Source: Antedon mediterranea (lineage: Eukaryota; Animalia; Echinodermata). From it: 64,000 nt of DNA. The notes under the pieces are model-generated. The model searched no databases. It was given only the letters and a program-made list of their open reading frames with translations, and was not told the origin of the DNA. Made by a program: the position numbers and the translations under genes. Within the stretch, counting starts at the first letter, position 1. The number at the start of each line of letters is the position of its first letter. This document shows, piece after piece, positions 29,101-44,100 of this stretch. The stretch lies in the NCBI RefSeq assembly GCF_964355755.1, contig NC_092672.1, forward strand, positions 24,255,237 to 24,319,236, given 5' to 3'.

Positions 29101-32100
29101 TGATTTATAAAAAGCGAATCACATATAGTTGAATAATAATGAATGAATGATAAAAGTGCAATAAAGATTTATGTAGATGATGTTAAGAAATATATGGAAA
29201 GGGTAAATGTTAGTAAAGTAAAGGGTCCGGACGGTGTATCAGGGCGTTTGATTAGATCAGGTGCCTCTCAGCTTTCACCTATAATAAGCCAGCTTTTCCA
29301 GTGTTCACTGAACACGGGGGTGGTACCTGATCTATGGAAGGTCTCTGAGATTATACCTGTTCCGAAAATGTGTAACCCTAAAATCATTAACGACTTCAGA
29401 CCAGTGGCATTAACATCTATTCTAATGAAGATCCTTTATAAAATTGTTAGAAGTCAACTAATGTCTGAATGTAGTGATTTTATGGATAATAACCAATTTG
29501 CATATCAATGTAATAGAGGGGTCGATGATGCTATTATAACCTTGTTAGACCTGGTGGTTTCACATTTAGATAAGAAGGGGACCTATGCTCAAGGGCTATT
29601 CATAGACTTTTCATCTGCATTTAATTTGATGCAGCCTCATATTTTAATGAATAAAATGTCTGAAATGAAGGTTAATCCTTACCTTGCTCTATGGGTTGGT
29701 GATTTTCTTACAAATCAGTATGTTAAAGTTGGTAAATCTATCTCAGAGATTAGAAGGATCAACACTGGTGCACCCCAGGGGTGTTGTCTGTCACCAAGTT
29801 TATTTACAATATATACAAGTGAATGTCGATCTTCATGTAGCATGTGTCATATAATCAAATACGCAGATGACATGGTACTGATTGGTCTATTGAAAAATGC
29901 TGACGATCATAGGTATAAGGTTGAATATGTTAAATTAATGTCATGATGCAATGACAATTACCTTAAGCTTAATTTTAATAAAACGAAAGAAATTATATGG
30001 GATTTTAGGAAAAAGAAAAATGAAAAAAGTTATCTGATAGTTAATGAACAGAAAATTGAACGTGTTCATGAAACCAAATATCTTGGTACACATATTGATG
30101 ATCAACTTAGTTTTGAAAAAAATACGGCCGAGATAATTAATAAAGGTCACCAAAGGTTATATTTCCTAAGAAAGCTAAATAAATTTAATGTTAGCTGTGG
30201 TACTTTAAAATTATTCTATGAAACAGTTATTCAATCAGTACTAGTTATCTCTTTTATTGCCTGGTTCGGTAATTTAAATGAAACACACAAGAAAGGTCTC
30301 ATTAGAATTACTAAGATAGCATCAAATATAATTGGTTGTATGGTTAATGATTTAAAATATCTTTATGAAAAACAGGTCCTAAGTAAATTAAGTAAAATTT
30401 TAGAAGATAAGAAACATCCATTACATATGAAATTTTTTAAGAACAAGTCAGGCCGGTTACGGGCTCCTAGAGCTGATACGTCAAGAAACCGACTGTCTTT
30501 GGTACCAAATTCAACTCATATTTTTAACTCAAAGATTGTTAGATCATAATAGCGCACATGCAATATATATTTTAAAGTTTTACTGTTGATGGATGTTTTA
30601 ATTAATGTTTTTAAATTGTAAATTTGTTCTATGTATGATGTAATTATGAATGTTTTACCATATTTTTCTGTCGAGGAAAACAATTTTTCCATGTACAATT
30701 TAGTATACATGGAACGAATAAAGATTTGATTTGATTTGATTTGATTTGTTCTTTTGTCAATAATAAATCTGATCATATTTTGTAACAAAAAAAAACAATA
30801 ATTGTGTTCTGGAATGTTCATAACATTTTTATTAAATACATTATGTGTATGAGAAAGATGGTGATTTGTTTAGAAGGATTTCTGAATCATAAACATTACA
30901 CATTGTACATTGTACCTACCTACTGTAAATCATTACCAACATATAGTATATGTGTAAAGATTACCATTTTTAATCATTTTCCTTCATTAAATGCTTTTTG
31001 TGGATGTTGGCAGCCGGCAGATCATCTATCACATAAAGATTGCTGTGTCTTCATGGCCTTAGCTATTCGCATCACAATGGATCTCTACGGCCTATAAATG
31101 ATAATGTGTCTTGTGCATAGATCTTTACCTTAATTTTTCCAGTTCAGTGTGCATTTTCAATCGAAATATTATTTAAGCCAAGATCAGTTTTAAATATGTC
31201 CTTTACAAGTTACATTTGATCTTTTCCTTGATGTCACCAAATCTTAGGTTGTTAGAATGCCTTTCAACTCGTAGCAATTCAGCTTCCATGTAGCTATTGT
31301 ATCCTGTTTAGATTTGATGTTTCACACATTCATAGTCAAACTATCCTTTGTAGCTTTAAATTTATCCTTAGTTTTATTTTGAAGTTCCATAACATTTCTG
31401 TTTAGCAATGCTTGTTAGCCTTGCTTTAGTGATGCTCTTTCCTTGTCAATCCTACTATTTATGTCAGCTGCTAAGCTACCCATGTCACCATTCAATGTAT
31501 TCATTCAACATTTTTTTATTCATAGCATGTTCAGTAGGCTCAATTTTCTTGTATTCATAGTTCCAGATAAAGCACTATTAATGTGCTATGAATACTCAGG
31601 CTTATATTATATTCTTAGTAAAATGTAATGGTTTTAGACTAGGCAAATTTATCAACTGTTGGGAATTAAATATTATGCAGCAAGTATGTCTCACTAAGAG
31701 ATGTCCATAGCCTTTTAATTTTACTGTAAATAAGAATTTGGGTTGGACACATGACAGTATGTAATAGTGATAGATAATAACAAAAAAATAGATAATCATT
31801 TCAATTTGTAGCATTCAAAATAGAGTATGAGGGTTTGTTTATAATTTTATAATTGTATTACTCGATGGGTTGGCACCCAAAAAATGTAATTTTTGTTACT
31901 CCATCTTTGGTATTGCATTCTTTGAAAATTACCTTCTTTTTTAATGAGCTTGTCTGAATCTTCGACTGTCCGGTGTTTTCGCTTCTCCTTCTCCTTTTTA
32001 TTTAGATATATTGTTTTTTGTATCATCTTCTTTACAAATTTTTTATTATTTTTTTCTATGAGCCTAGGCGTAAAGTTTTTAAATTTATAGGTTTCCTTCT

Positions 32101-35100
32101 ACACATAGTATGTTTTTTATTGGTTATCACAAGTGTTTGTATAATTATTATTTTATGTATTTTTGTGTGGAGAACATTTATTGAATATTTATTTATTGAA
32201 TATTGAATAAACAAATCAAATCAAAAAAATCATAATTTAATAGTTTTGTGTATGTATGCTATAAATGCCTTAGTAAACATGTGAACTCACATGTTGTATG
32301 AATACCATTGGGCTACTGGTTCAGATTTTGGTTTATATCTAGTAGGACTAATACAATTAATGTGCATTACTAGAGTAAGCTTAGCTAGTGGCATGTTTTG
32401 AATTTAAAATGACCATTTTGATTAACTGACATACAGTATATACAGTAAATGAAAGTGTGAAACTATTGTTTAATAGTGAGTATGAGTGTACTATTTAAAT
32501 TTTATGATTTTCTAAAAACCAAATGATGGTTACCTCACCAATAGAGTTAGCCTAGGCATCTAGGCTTATAATAGGCCTACTAGACAATATGTGAAAAGAT
32601 AATTAAATAAAATACTTTTTGTCTTTTTCTATTTGGACATTGGTCAATCATGAATACATTTTTTTTCTTCTGTTACTTAGACATTTTTTCATTCATACTT
32701 CTTAAAGTATGTCACTGTAGTAAAAGAATTGTCATGCAATCATGTCATGCAACATGAAAATATTGCTGTTTTAGGACATGACATCATAACTCAGGTTTTC
32801 ATAGCCATAAGACTCTCCTAATTGTAACCATGATTTGTATGGTTTTAGACTTTTACTGTTTTTAATATTGTATTGGTGTTATGTGTGTCAGTTAATTTAA
32901 ACCTAAACTTTTAACTGTTTATACAACAGTGTATTTTCTTTTTTGAACATGTCGTCAAAAAACTCCCTTCTTATTTTTCTTAACCAAATTTCTTAAATTT
33001 TCTTAAAAAACTCAGTAATCCACTCTTACAATACTAGGGCCTCACACGCCCTTCATCTTCTTCCTTTAACTAAACTTACTTTAATTCAACACAATGTCTA
33101 ATAGTGCCTCTAAATTATTGAATGCACTTCCTAATGATATCACATGTACCCCGATCTCATAGAATCGTTTTCTGTATTTTAAGTAAAAAACTACATTTCA
33201 TCAAATTACTAGTATATTTTAATCTTTTTCATCTCCTCTGCCGCATATGGCTACTAACTTCCAATAATTACCATTTATATCGTTTAGTGTCTTTATGCTT
33301 CCTGTTTATTTGTTTCTTTTTTTTGTATGTGTTTTGTTCTGTCTTTTTGTTTTATTGCACATGGCTTGCCCGCCACAAGTAACTTCTAGTTTAGCCTATT
33401 CTTTTTAGCATTAAAAAAAAAAATTATATGTTTATATTTTGAAGCAGAAGTATATTTATTATTATTTAATTCTTTATTTTTTCAAATGTTAACGTTTTAT
33501 TTTAAAGAATAATAAATGTTACTTGAAATGAAATGAATTTATAAATTATGGAACTATTAAGAAAGAAAACAAATCAAATAGTTTATTCATATCGATATTG
33601 CAAAATTATTTAACAACTCATTATAGAGTATTGAAAAACTCATTTTATGTGTTATTATTAACTTCTTTAAATTGTATTAATCTATTAATCAATTTTTCCT
33701 GTTGTAATCTTTTGTGGTCATTTTTAGATTTTATTTTACATATGTTTTATGCACACATTATGTTTATGAACAAGCTCCATTACTAAAATGATTTTATTAT
33801 TATTATTATATTATAACTTATATTATCAAGGTTTATTTATTTTTGAATGAATCCCAAAAGTTTGAGATCTGTCTTTATAGTGTAAAGCTGGGGTTAAGAC
33901 AGAGCTAAAATCCTCTGGATAGGAAATAGGGTAGTATAAACTCTTGAGATGGTGAAAAATGTTTTTAATGGAATTTTTATTTTATGACCTCCCCCCCCCC
34001 CCCACCCAACTAAAAAAGTTTTAGATTACATCTTTCCTCTTGAGTTTATTTTGTAGTATAATTGAAGCATGGCCTCCTGGGCTCAATTTGATTCTTTCAA
34101 AGTTAAAATAATATATATACTAAAAGGAAAATAATAACTGTTACTAAAGTCACATATCCGTGGTGCTTGTGATGACAGCCCATACTCTATACCTGATACT
34201 AATATAGCATATTCAGCCAGTGTGCAAAAACTTCTGGATACTATTTAAGTTGATTATCAATGACTTAAGCAATTTGGTATTCCTATAATGCTAACACCTT
34301 TTTATGTTTATATTATGTAATGCTTTTTTTGTATTACACATTATTATACATGGATAAAAAGGTTAAAGAATAAACGAAAAAAGAAAGAAAAGGGAGAATT
34401 ACATTGGATAACAACAATTTAAACAGATTATAAAGATGCAATATTTAGAACAACAAAAAATATTGCGGATTGAATTATATCTTGTTGTGAATGAATGATT
34501 TTTGGTCTTTATTTTGAATATTATATTGATAAAGAGAAAAAAGGAAGATTATATTTGACAACAATGATCAAATAGATTATGAAGATTGTAGATTTATGAC
34601 AACTACGGTACTGTATTACATATTACTGATCAACTTGTATCATAGAGATAATATCTCTATGCTTGTATTAATCATGTCATTGAATGAATGAACAAAAGTG
34701 CTGGTTTAAGCCACAAAAGAGAAAAAAGGACAGTGCTAGAACCTTGGTGCATTTAACATCGTGTATAAGAGAATGACAAAGTGCATAAAGTATAAAACCA
34801 TGAAAGAGTATAAGAGCATGATGTCAATACAGAGAAGAGATTAGTGGCTTTCTGTAGTTTGCAACGCCCTTTTCATTATTTGGGTACGTGTGTTAATAGA
34901 GCATTGTCACACATTCCATACAAAAACAAGTCCTGATATTATTTTATGCTCACAAAACTGAATTCAGAAGAACATCAAACATATATTTCTAAATAAAACT
35001 GAAACAAAATGAATTAGTAGTTTCTATAATTATTAAATTGCTTAACAAAAAAATATGGGATTTACACTTTACCCATCTGAATATACATACACCTTAATCT

Positions 35101-38100
35101 GAATACCTTATCCAACATGAATACAGTGTTTAAACAGCGAATAATACTATGCCTTTGTAGATTCATTCCATAACATAGTTTCATTCCATTAAAACTACAA
35201 TAGTAACATTGTCGTATAACCTATTATAACCTACCACTTTTTTAAATAGAATAAACCGAATGCTATCATCTTTTTTTAAAACTATTTAATACACAATAAC
35301 ATCTACCCGTCTATGATAGTGCAGCCTATCAATCACAGCTAAAGACACCCTTGTACACCTTTTTGTGTCTTATTATCCAATGCCTTCCAACACAAGGCAC
35401 AAGACACAAGAAACCACCTATATTATTCTACTTGATTTCGCTAGATCATCATATGAAAGTTTATTAATAATTTTAATATTGACAACAATTCTGATGTGTG
35501 TTCATGGTTGTGCAGAGCCATGATAAATACAATTGTCACAGCTTGAATAAGGTGACAGTGAGAAAATTAATTGAAAATCTTTCTCAATAATATTTCTCTG
35601 CTCAAATGCTGGATTGTAATGAGTTTTTAATATTAAATGTGTCCATATAATTTATTTTTTGTCAAGTAGGTCTTTTACCACACTGATGTTTAATGTGAAA
35701 TGGTTAAATGTATTCATAGTGAGATCTGACAATGTAAATTATTTTAATTAAAATCATTTACATTAAAAACTTTCAATTTTATTTATATTTTTGTGCTGTT
35801 CTTAAAATACAATTGCAGTCTACCAAATCATGGAGCTCAAGTATAAAGCTCAATGAGACTAAAAACTTATGATATACACAGCCTATTTAATACTTAGTTG
35901 AAATGCCATTTTAGACATTTTTAACCATTGATTCATTTAGTGCAATTTATAAAACTTCATCAAAAGTTTTACAATGGTCAGATGTGTTTTGATTATTTAT
36001 ATTACTTATAACATATTAATACCAAAATATATAGAAAGTTACAATAATAGCGATGAAAAACATCATGTTTGCACAATAAACATTAAAATATGTTTATTTT
36101 TGAAAAAATAATAAATATAGGCCTAAAGAACATTTAACATTCAAAATATTCAATAATGTATATCTTCACTGTGTAAACTTTTTATTATGATCATGATTAA
36201 ATTAAATAATCTAACAATATTAAAAAATATTTTTAATTATACCACATTTATTAATGGTCATGCTTCTACTGTGCATTGCTAAAGAAGTTTGTTGTATGAC
36301 ATATTATAATCTATTTTTTTAGGATGGAAATTCACCACTCTTGGAGGCTGCAGCCAATGGTCAAACTGCATGCTGTATGACATTAGTTGATGCTGGTTCT
36401 AATGTGAACCAGCAAAACAAAGTAAGTTGTATACACAGTATATCTAGTAATTTCATATAATTATGCATGTATTATTGCATCGTATTGTAAATATCACAGT
36501 GTATGCAGGTATTACACAATACTGTGAGGATTATACTATTTGCTGCACCTACCCCTCACCATTTTGCTCCATCACTAGGACAGAATAATCTGGATTTTTT
36601 TTACCATATTATAATCCAAGTGGATCAGCTACCACCATTCAATCCTGAATGTTAAATGTTCTTTAGGCCTATATTTGTTATTCTCAAATTAGTGCATTCT
36701 ATTTGTGTACCACACTCTATGCAAACTTCCTATATCTGTACCTGGCTGGTGCCATAATATTATTGTAGGTATTATTGATTCCACTGTAAATTTACCAACC
36801 TATTTATTGAATCTTAAAGCAAAAAGTATATAAAACCATAGAGATATTGAGATAAAACCAAATGTTTTATCTTTTGATTCAAAAAGATTTGATGTAAAAT
36901 AGTTTTAAAAGCTGACAAGAAGCTTTGATATTAGCATTATAATGAATAAAATTGTAAGGTGAATCAATCATAAAGTATTATAACTGATATCCAAGTATAC
37001 CATTTTTATCGTCTGCAATTTGCAAAGTATATTGAAATTTCACTAAAGAACTTTGTCCTTTAAATGAAAAGGTTTTTTCTCTCCAGATATCTTGCTAAAT
37101 AAATATGCTCTTTTTGTATTCAGTAAATATAATCAATCAATATAATCCATCAAATGATAGATAAGTAATGGTAAACATTCAGTAGGTTTTGATCATATCA
37201 TTTATAAATCATCCATGTTTCGTAAATGAAATTGGAGAGTTTTTACTAAAGGGTTGTATGTACAATCAAAATATAATATTCACAGTATTAGTACAGCTTG
37301 TTCACTTTGTTTTTTTTTCTCACTTTTTTCAAGAATGGAGACAATGCTCTGCATATAATTGCTCGATCAAAGCTTACTTATGAAGAACACAAAAATGCCT
37401 CTGTGTTCTTCATAAAGGAAGGACGTATGGACATTTGCAAAAAAAATAAGGTTAGTTTGTTAATATTAAGTAATGCAATGCAATTATTTTAATAATAAAG
37501 TTTAGTTCTATTCTTTTTTTTTAAGTCATATAAAATATAACAAATAGAAACAAAAAGGTTTATTATTATTATCTGTTGATATCAAGTTTGCGGTACATCA
37601 TGTATATTAGTTCTGAAAAAAACTGTTGAGTTTCTCGACGTTTCGATCAATATGATTTGATCGTCCTCAGGAGAATTATCATTAAAAATATTACAGGCTA
37701 TTTTCTTCTTGTCTGACCCTCGAGCAGTCTATTGCCCATCCACGTCCTCACATGTTCCTGTATATTTGTTTGATGGAATTAATTACAGAAATATTAAAAT
37801 TAATATCGTATATATTTATAGTGATTAACATTTCTTTTTTATTTTCCATTACAGTATTCACATTGTACTGTTAAATTGTAAATCTAAATTGAATGGTTTA
37901 AACAGCAGGCTTCCATTATTTTTACTTTTAGTCTCATATTTTACTGTATACTGAAGTATATGTTATATAATTAAATACATATAATTATAATATAAATATT
38001 GAAACTACATTAAGTATTTATTCTATTTTTCTTTAAATTATAGTTGTTGACATATCATTTGATGTTAAATTTATCTTCTCACAGTTGCTCATCATTAACA

Positions 38101-41100
38101 TTTATTTCAGTTGCAGGTTATTACTTTTGGACTATTAGTAAGCTACATGATTTAGACCAAAATTATTTATTTTGTTCAAATTCTTTCAGAGCATCTATAT
38201 ATAAATTATGGTTAATTCTGACATAGGCGAGCACAATGCAAAAACTTCGGTACAAATCTCCGCCTTGGATACCTACCTTAACTACTGTATCTCAAATGTA
38301 CCACGAAACGTAGATTTGATAACATTAGTTTTCAATTCGACGCTATTGTTCTATATTTCTATCTTAGGAAGATATTTTAAAGAGTTTTTTAACAACATTT
38401 ATGATTTCAACAGTAGATTTTCAACTCAATTTCAATTCTTCGCGGTCAAGTAATTTCCGAGTTTACGATGAGTTCACCTTGCAGCAACATGGTTTCAACT
38501 ATTTTCTCTCTTTTATACACAAGGGAGCAGTTAAAATAATAGATTTGACACTAAAGGTGACTGGAAACAGGCACTTTCCATCAATCAATACAGTGTCCCT
38601 TTGGAAGACCGAAGAAAAAAAAACAGATAGTAGGACTGGAGCTTAAGTTGGCCATTAGTCATAGCCATTTTAGTTTTTTGTTTATTTTAGGAACGGACCG
38701 CGCGTGTGAAAGGTACAGTAGTTAAAAAATAAAAATTATACTGCAAATTAATAAAGATCAAATTAAATATACGCCATAAAGAATTGGAATATATTGTGGG
38801 GAATAGTATTATAAAATTAGATAGGGAGATTTGATGATAAGACATTAATCGAGTGAAATCCCGATAGCTGAGTTTTATTAAGTAAGCTGGCAGAAATAAC
38901 TGTAGGCTATCCGTGTCCCGTTCGGACCGATATGTCTGCCCATGTTGCAAGCCGTAATGTCTTCTTTCTTGGGCCGAAATGGCCCACTCTGTCACGGCAG
39001 TTAGATGTTTAAATTAAATAATGTATAATATTTATTAGGATGACATCACTTTGAATAATAATCCCCCAACTCCCAACCCAACTATCTAATAAACGTCCAT
39101 CCCATCCACATTTATAATAACAATTATACTATTTGTAGTATAATTCATCGCACTGTTATCTACAATTTACCAAGCATTTGTTATTCTTTTTTACCACTTT
39201 TCATATCTATTAGAGGATTTCATTTGATTATAAATGTTACCATATTATTAAAACTAAAAAATTTAACATATATCCCTCGAATAAGCACCTCCCTCAAATG
39301 AACTCCGCCTCCACACCTCCGCCTTATAAGGGCCCTACCAAACAATAAAGACTATACTTTAAAATGTTATTAATCATCTAAGACACTGTGAAACAGAATA
39401 GTTTAGTTTTACGAATGTCAAGCATTTTCAATAATGGTAACCGACAGAAACGTACAAGGAGAACATTATCATTCCGAGAACCATCGTCTACACTTCCTAG
39501 AGGAGGAGCGAGCGAAGCGAGCTCACCCTCTAGTGTATTTAATTAGTTTAAATCTAATGGCATGTGTGGTTATTATATGGCTTATGAAATGATTTTGGCC
39601 CAAAAACCCCATAAATATTTTATTTCACATCGTGCTTTGGATGAACGTGTCCGGCACGCGATTTTTTTTTCGTACATAAGTTGGGGACCCCCTCATGAAA
39701 CGTCACAAAATAAACATGAATAATTCATCAGTTAAATGTGTTGTTCCGTGTGCACCCAAGCGTATAGCAACAAGAAGCGATTACACAAGTGCGGTACGAT
39801 TCTAGGCCTATCTCCGCGCTGTTGTTGCGGCGTGCGATTTCATAGAAGAATAGCGGCGTTTTGTGTGGATTGTCGAAATAATCAGCCTTTAGTTTATGAT
39901 AGTGTTTTTAATATAATGTATTACTAAAGAATTACGTGTTAAAATTATAGTTTCTATTAATACTATTAGGCCTAGGCATAATTATTAGTCTCTAAACATA
40001 ATATGTCTATTCTAGTAGAGCTGTGTGTGTGTGTGTGTGTTATAGGTATGACACAATCCGAGTAATAAGTCAGCAAAATTAAGCAATAAACATTACACAA
40101 AAATACATTTGTTATTCTCGTGGGTCTAATCTTCCCATCTCATGTGTTCATATACGCGCATTTTTAAAGTTCCTTTGAGTACATGCATTGTTTGATAATA
40201 AATTAATAGCAGAATTAAAAAAATACAGTACACAAATTATAAACATTCTTTATTCTTGTGGGTCTAAGCTTTCTTTGGGCTATGTCCAATGAATTACTAC
40301 TTAGTTTAATGTCTTGCCTAGCTGTCGATTAGCCTCGACTCGACACATTTTGTGTGAAGAAGAGTGCGCGAAGGCAATCACGTGAATTGACTTAGAATCC
40401 TAGGCCTACTGTAGAAAGTATCGTATCGCAGTTGTGTAATCGCTTCTTCTTGGCTTATTAGTTTTGGTTTAGTATGTTCTTGCAAATTATGAAATTAAGC
40501 TGAGTTTTTTAAATTTTTTTAAAAGAGTAGCTGAGGGATTTATCAGAACTAATTATGCTTATAACTAGAATTGCTAATATTGTTATTTTAAATCACAAAC
40601 ACTTGATTGTCAGAATGGAAAGTCTGCATCTGATATCTATAATGAAAATGTGTGCGATAAATACGATGGTGAACAGAAGAAACAGAAATACTTGCAATTT
40701 TGAGTGGTAAGTTAAAAAAACACATTGTGCCTCAAATAGAAGCATGAACGTATAATAATAAAATTAATGATCACTTTTTATCCTGTAGTATATGTAGTCA
40801 GTCCTATAATCAAACAAATAAAAAAATATGATTTATAATATAAAAAAAAAGTAGATTAATTCAAATAGCGGCTCATCTCAACTACTGTTAGTACAGGGTA
40901 TGTTAAAACTCACAGCGTTAGGTTTGTTATCTAACACAAAGCGTGCGGTACTTCATGGCATGAAAATGTGTAATATGGTTTCAGTTGTGCATTTTATCCT
41001 GTTTTCTATTTTATGTACTAATTTTGTTATAAATATCTACATGTTGGTCCCAAAGGTAATTTAAAAATATGTTTGTCCTTTATATCCTACATTATTTGCA

Positions 41101-44100
41101 ATCTGTAATTCTGCACTGAAAAGCTTGATGTACACATTCATTTTACTTGTTTAGGTGGACCTTTACCTTACATCGAAATGACATCGCCAGGTATGAATAT
41201 TCTTCAATTTCAATGCCCCACAATAGGGGTATTGTTTCCAATAAAAAAGGGAATTAAAAAATTAATCTTGGTCTATGACAAATTAGCTATCTTTTATGTT
41301 CTATTTGTTATGGAGATTTTGGTATCCACAATATCTATAAAATAAACTACTTATAAAAATGATTTAAATGTTAATTTACATTTAAGAAATAAAAAGGAGT
41401 TTAGCGTGATTGAACTATTATTTTATTTACAAATATTATAAAACCACTATAGACAAAGTCAACATTTCACAAAATTACATTTGGGTAATTTAGATCTAGA
41501 AATTGAGAAGGGTAGGTGGAATCAAATTAACAAAATACTAATATTTTAGGATTTATTAGAATATTTTAAAAACAGTATAATATATATATATATTATTTTA
41601 ATTAGATATTACAACCAAAGAATTAATATACATTGCCCATAACGCCTTTAATAAAAGGAAACTAATAGCAGCTAATCTTGGAATGACACAAGAAGATATA
41701 AATTCATTTGAACTACCAGATAAAAGCATAGCTCAAAGGACTTTGGACATGTTGAACACATGGGCAGTTAAGGTTACTAAGAAGTCCATGCGTTCAGAAC
41801 TTGTTGCAGCTCTCAGGAAATCTGAGGAAAAAGATGTGGCTGATAAAATTGAAAGTAAGTAAATAAAACCGTAAGATAGCCTTCAGAATGACTGAACTCT
41901 CTAATTTATAAGGTTCTTAAAGGCTTTGTAACAATATTCTGTGTGTTTATAATAATAAATGAAAACACTTTTTAATATGCAGAAATGTCTAAGTCTAAAT
42001 TTTGGTCGCATTTGTGAGAATCGGCTTTAATAAGCGTAAGTGTTGGCATATATCTTTAGTACCACATATTTATCAAACCAATTGTTATAAAATCTTTGCA
42101 TTTGATGAAAATCTATCATCTGTTTTTCGTGAGGGATTGCTGAAGTATTTTATTCTATATACATTATACCTTCATCTTTGTACTCTGCTATTATCACCTT
42201 AATTTATTTCAAGTAATGATTCAGGTATTCATAAGACAGTCTTAGTGCATATTAAACTGTTCAATTTATAAAGAGTATTAATTGCTATCCTGTAGTATAC
42301 AAACAAACAGGAAGTTATACAATAATATTGTACCTTTTGTTTTGTTTTTAAGATGTGCATGTTCCAGAGGAGATATTGGCACGAGGACCTGATGCGGTGA
42401 AAGCATTTCAAAATGCACTTGAAGAAGGACAAACAGAGTTTAATCAAGGAAGAACTATTTTTGTAGGACTTGAGAATGTTGGAAAAACTTCTACTATCAA
42501 TTCTCTTTTAAGAAAAGAGTAAGCATACTTTATATCAATTATTACATTTAACCACTTAAACTGTTACATACAGTTGTTACTGTAGGATCAAGGATCAGAC
42601 ATTTGAAACATTTTTCCTGAATAATTTCAATTTATTTTACCCTAAAATAATATCAAAATACATAACAAATATTGATGAGAGTGACCAGCAAAGCTTGTAT
42701 TCCAGTCACCCATACACCTATCTTATTTTCATTGGGATCCTTATGATCTAAACATAAATAATCTAAATTTGATTTAAAGTATTTGGCCCTTTTTTTTAGA
42801 TTAGTGTTCTGTGTATATTGAGGGTTTAAAATAAGATTGTTTCTCTAGATTATCAATGCAAACATTCTTTTATAATTATATAATGTCATTTTGTCATAGG
42901 TTTAATCCATTGCATATAATAACAGATGCAATGGTTAAAACAACGGTGTGTACACCAGATGCCAGTAACAAAGAAATGTTGAAAGAAACAACGCAGGATA
43001 TTTGTAAGTATTCACTTTATTCAGATACATGCTGCAACCAAAATAGATGATTTATTTATATTTTTAAATTTATTTTTATAATTATTTAGGCAAATTGCCA
43101 AGGATAACCATAAGCGAATTAATTCACTATCCTTCTTAAAGGTGGAAATCCTGTTCACAAGACAAACATACACAAGATGCTCTACATAAACAAAGTCTTA
43201 TTACAAGTCTTTGGGAGTGGAGTTGTAATTTGTCATTAGAAAAAATCCTGACATGGACATGGACACAGGACCCTTGAATTGGTAGCCAAGCACCATAACT
43301 ACCAAGCCACAACTCCACTCCAAATTTAAAATTCACCCTGACTCATGCACTGTCATGTCACAACTTGTTTTTTTTTTTTTACTAAATAATTGTTGTTCTC
43401 ATGTCATTGTAAATCAATTTAAAAGACACTCTAGGTTTAATATTTGGGTGACAATTTGCGACTTGCACACAAATGACTTTGATATTTCATAAATGCATGG
43501 AGAAAACAACTACCATATAAACATACAAGTTGTTTAAATTCAATTTGAGGATAAATTAGTTTTTAAATTATTACAACAACATCATAAAAATAGTTTTAAA
43601 GTTTCTATGCTTTTAAAAAAACAATATAACTGTGTAAGAAATAAAATAATATATACATGATTTTATTAACATTTTTAATTTAAAAGCTTTAGACATGTAT
43701 CAGGATGCCGTCACTGATGTCACAGTTAAACAAATGTTGAAAAGTCCACGCCATACAAAAGGATACACACCAAGAGCAGGAGCATCAAAGCAGGAAACAA
43801 AATCTGGTAAAAGATTTTAATTAAATTCAATTCAGTAATCTGCTGTAAAATAAATTTAAAAGTATAAATATAAAAGGCACAAAATACCAGTCAATATAAA
43901 ATTGGTACAAAAGAGATTTTTAAAAATAAATTTAATATAGAAGTGGATAAAAAGAGGTTTATACAGCATTTTGCTGTGATTACTGCTGTCACATTTGAAT
44001 TCAAATAGATAATACAAAAGTTACACATATTATAATGATGATGGCAAATTGGATCAGGTTGAAATCGGCAACAAATGATTCATTACACTAAACTTTGTTT

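Noticed and set aside
30804-33786. Short hydrophobic F/I/L-rich ORFs resembling membrane peptides
   Set aside because: Expected by chance in T-rich intronic DNA and eroded LINE remnants; no splice or motif support.
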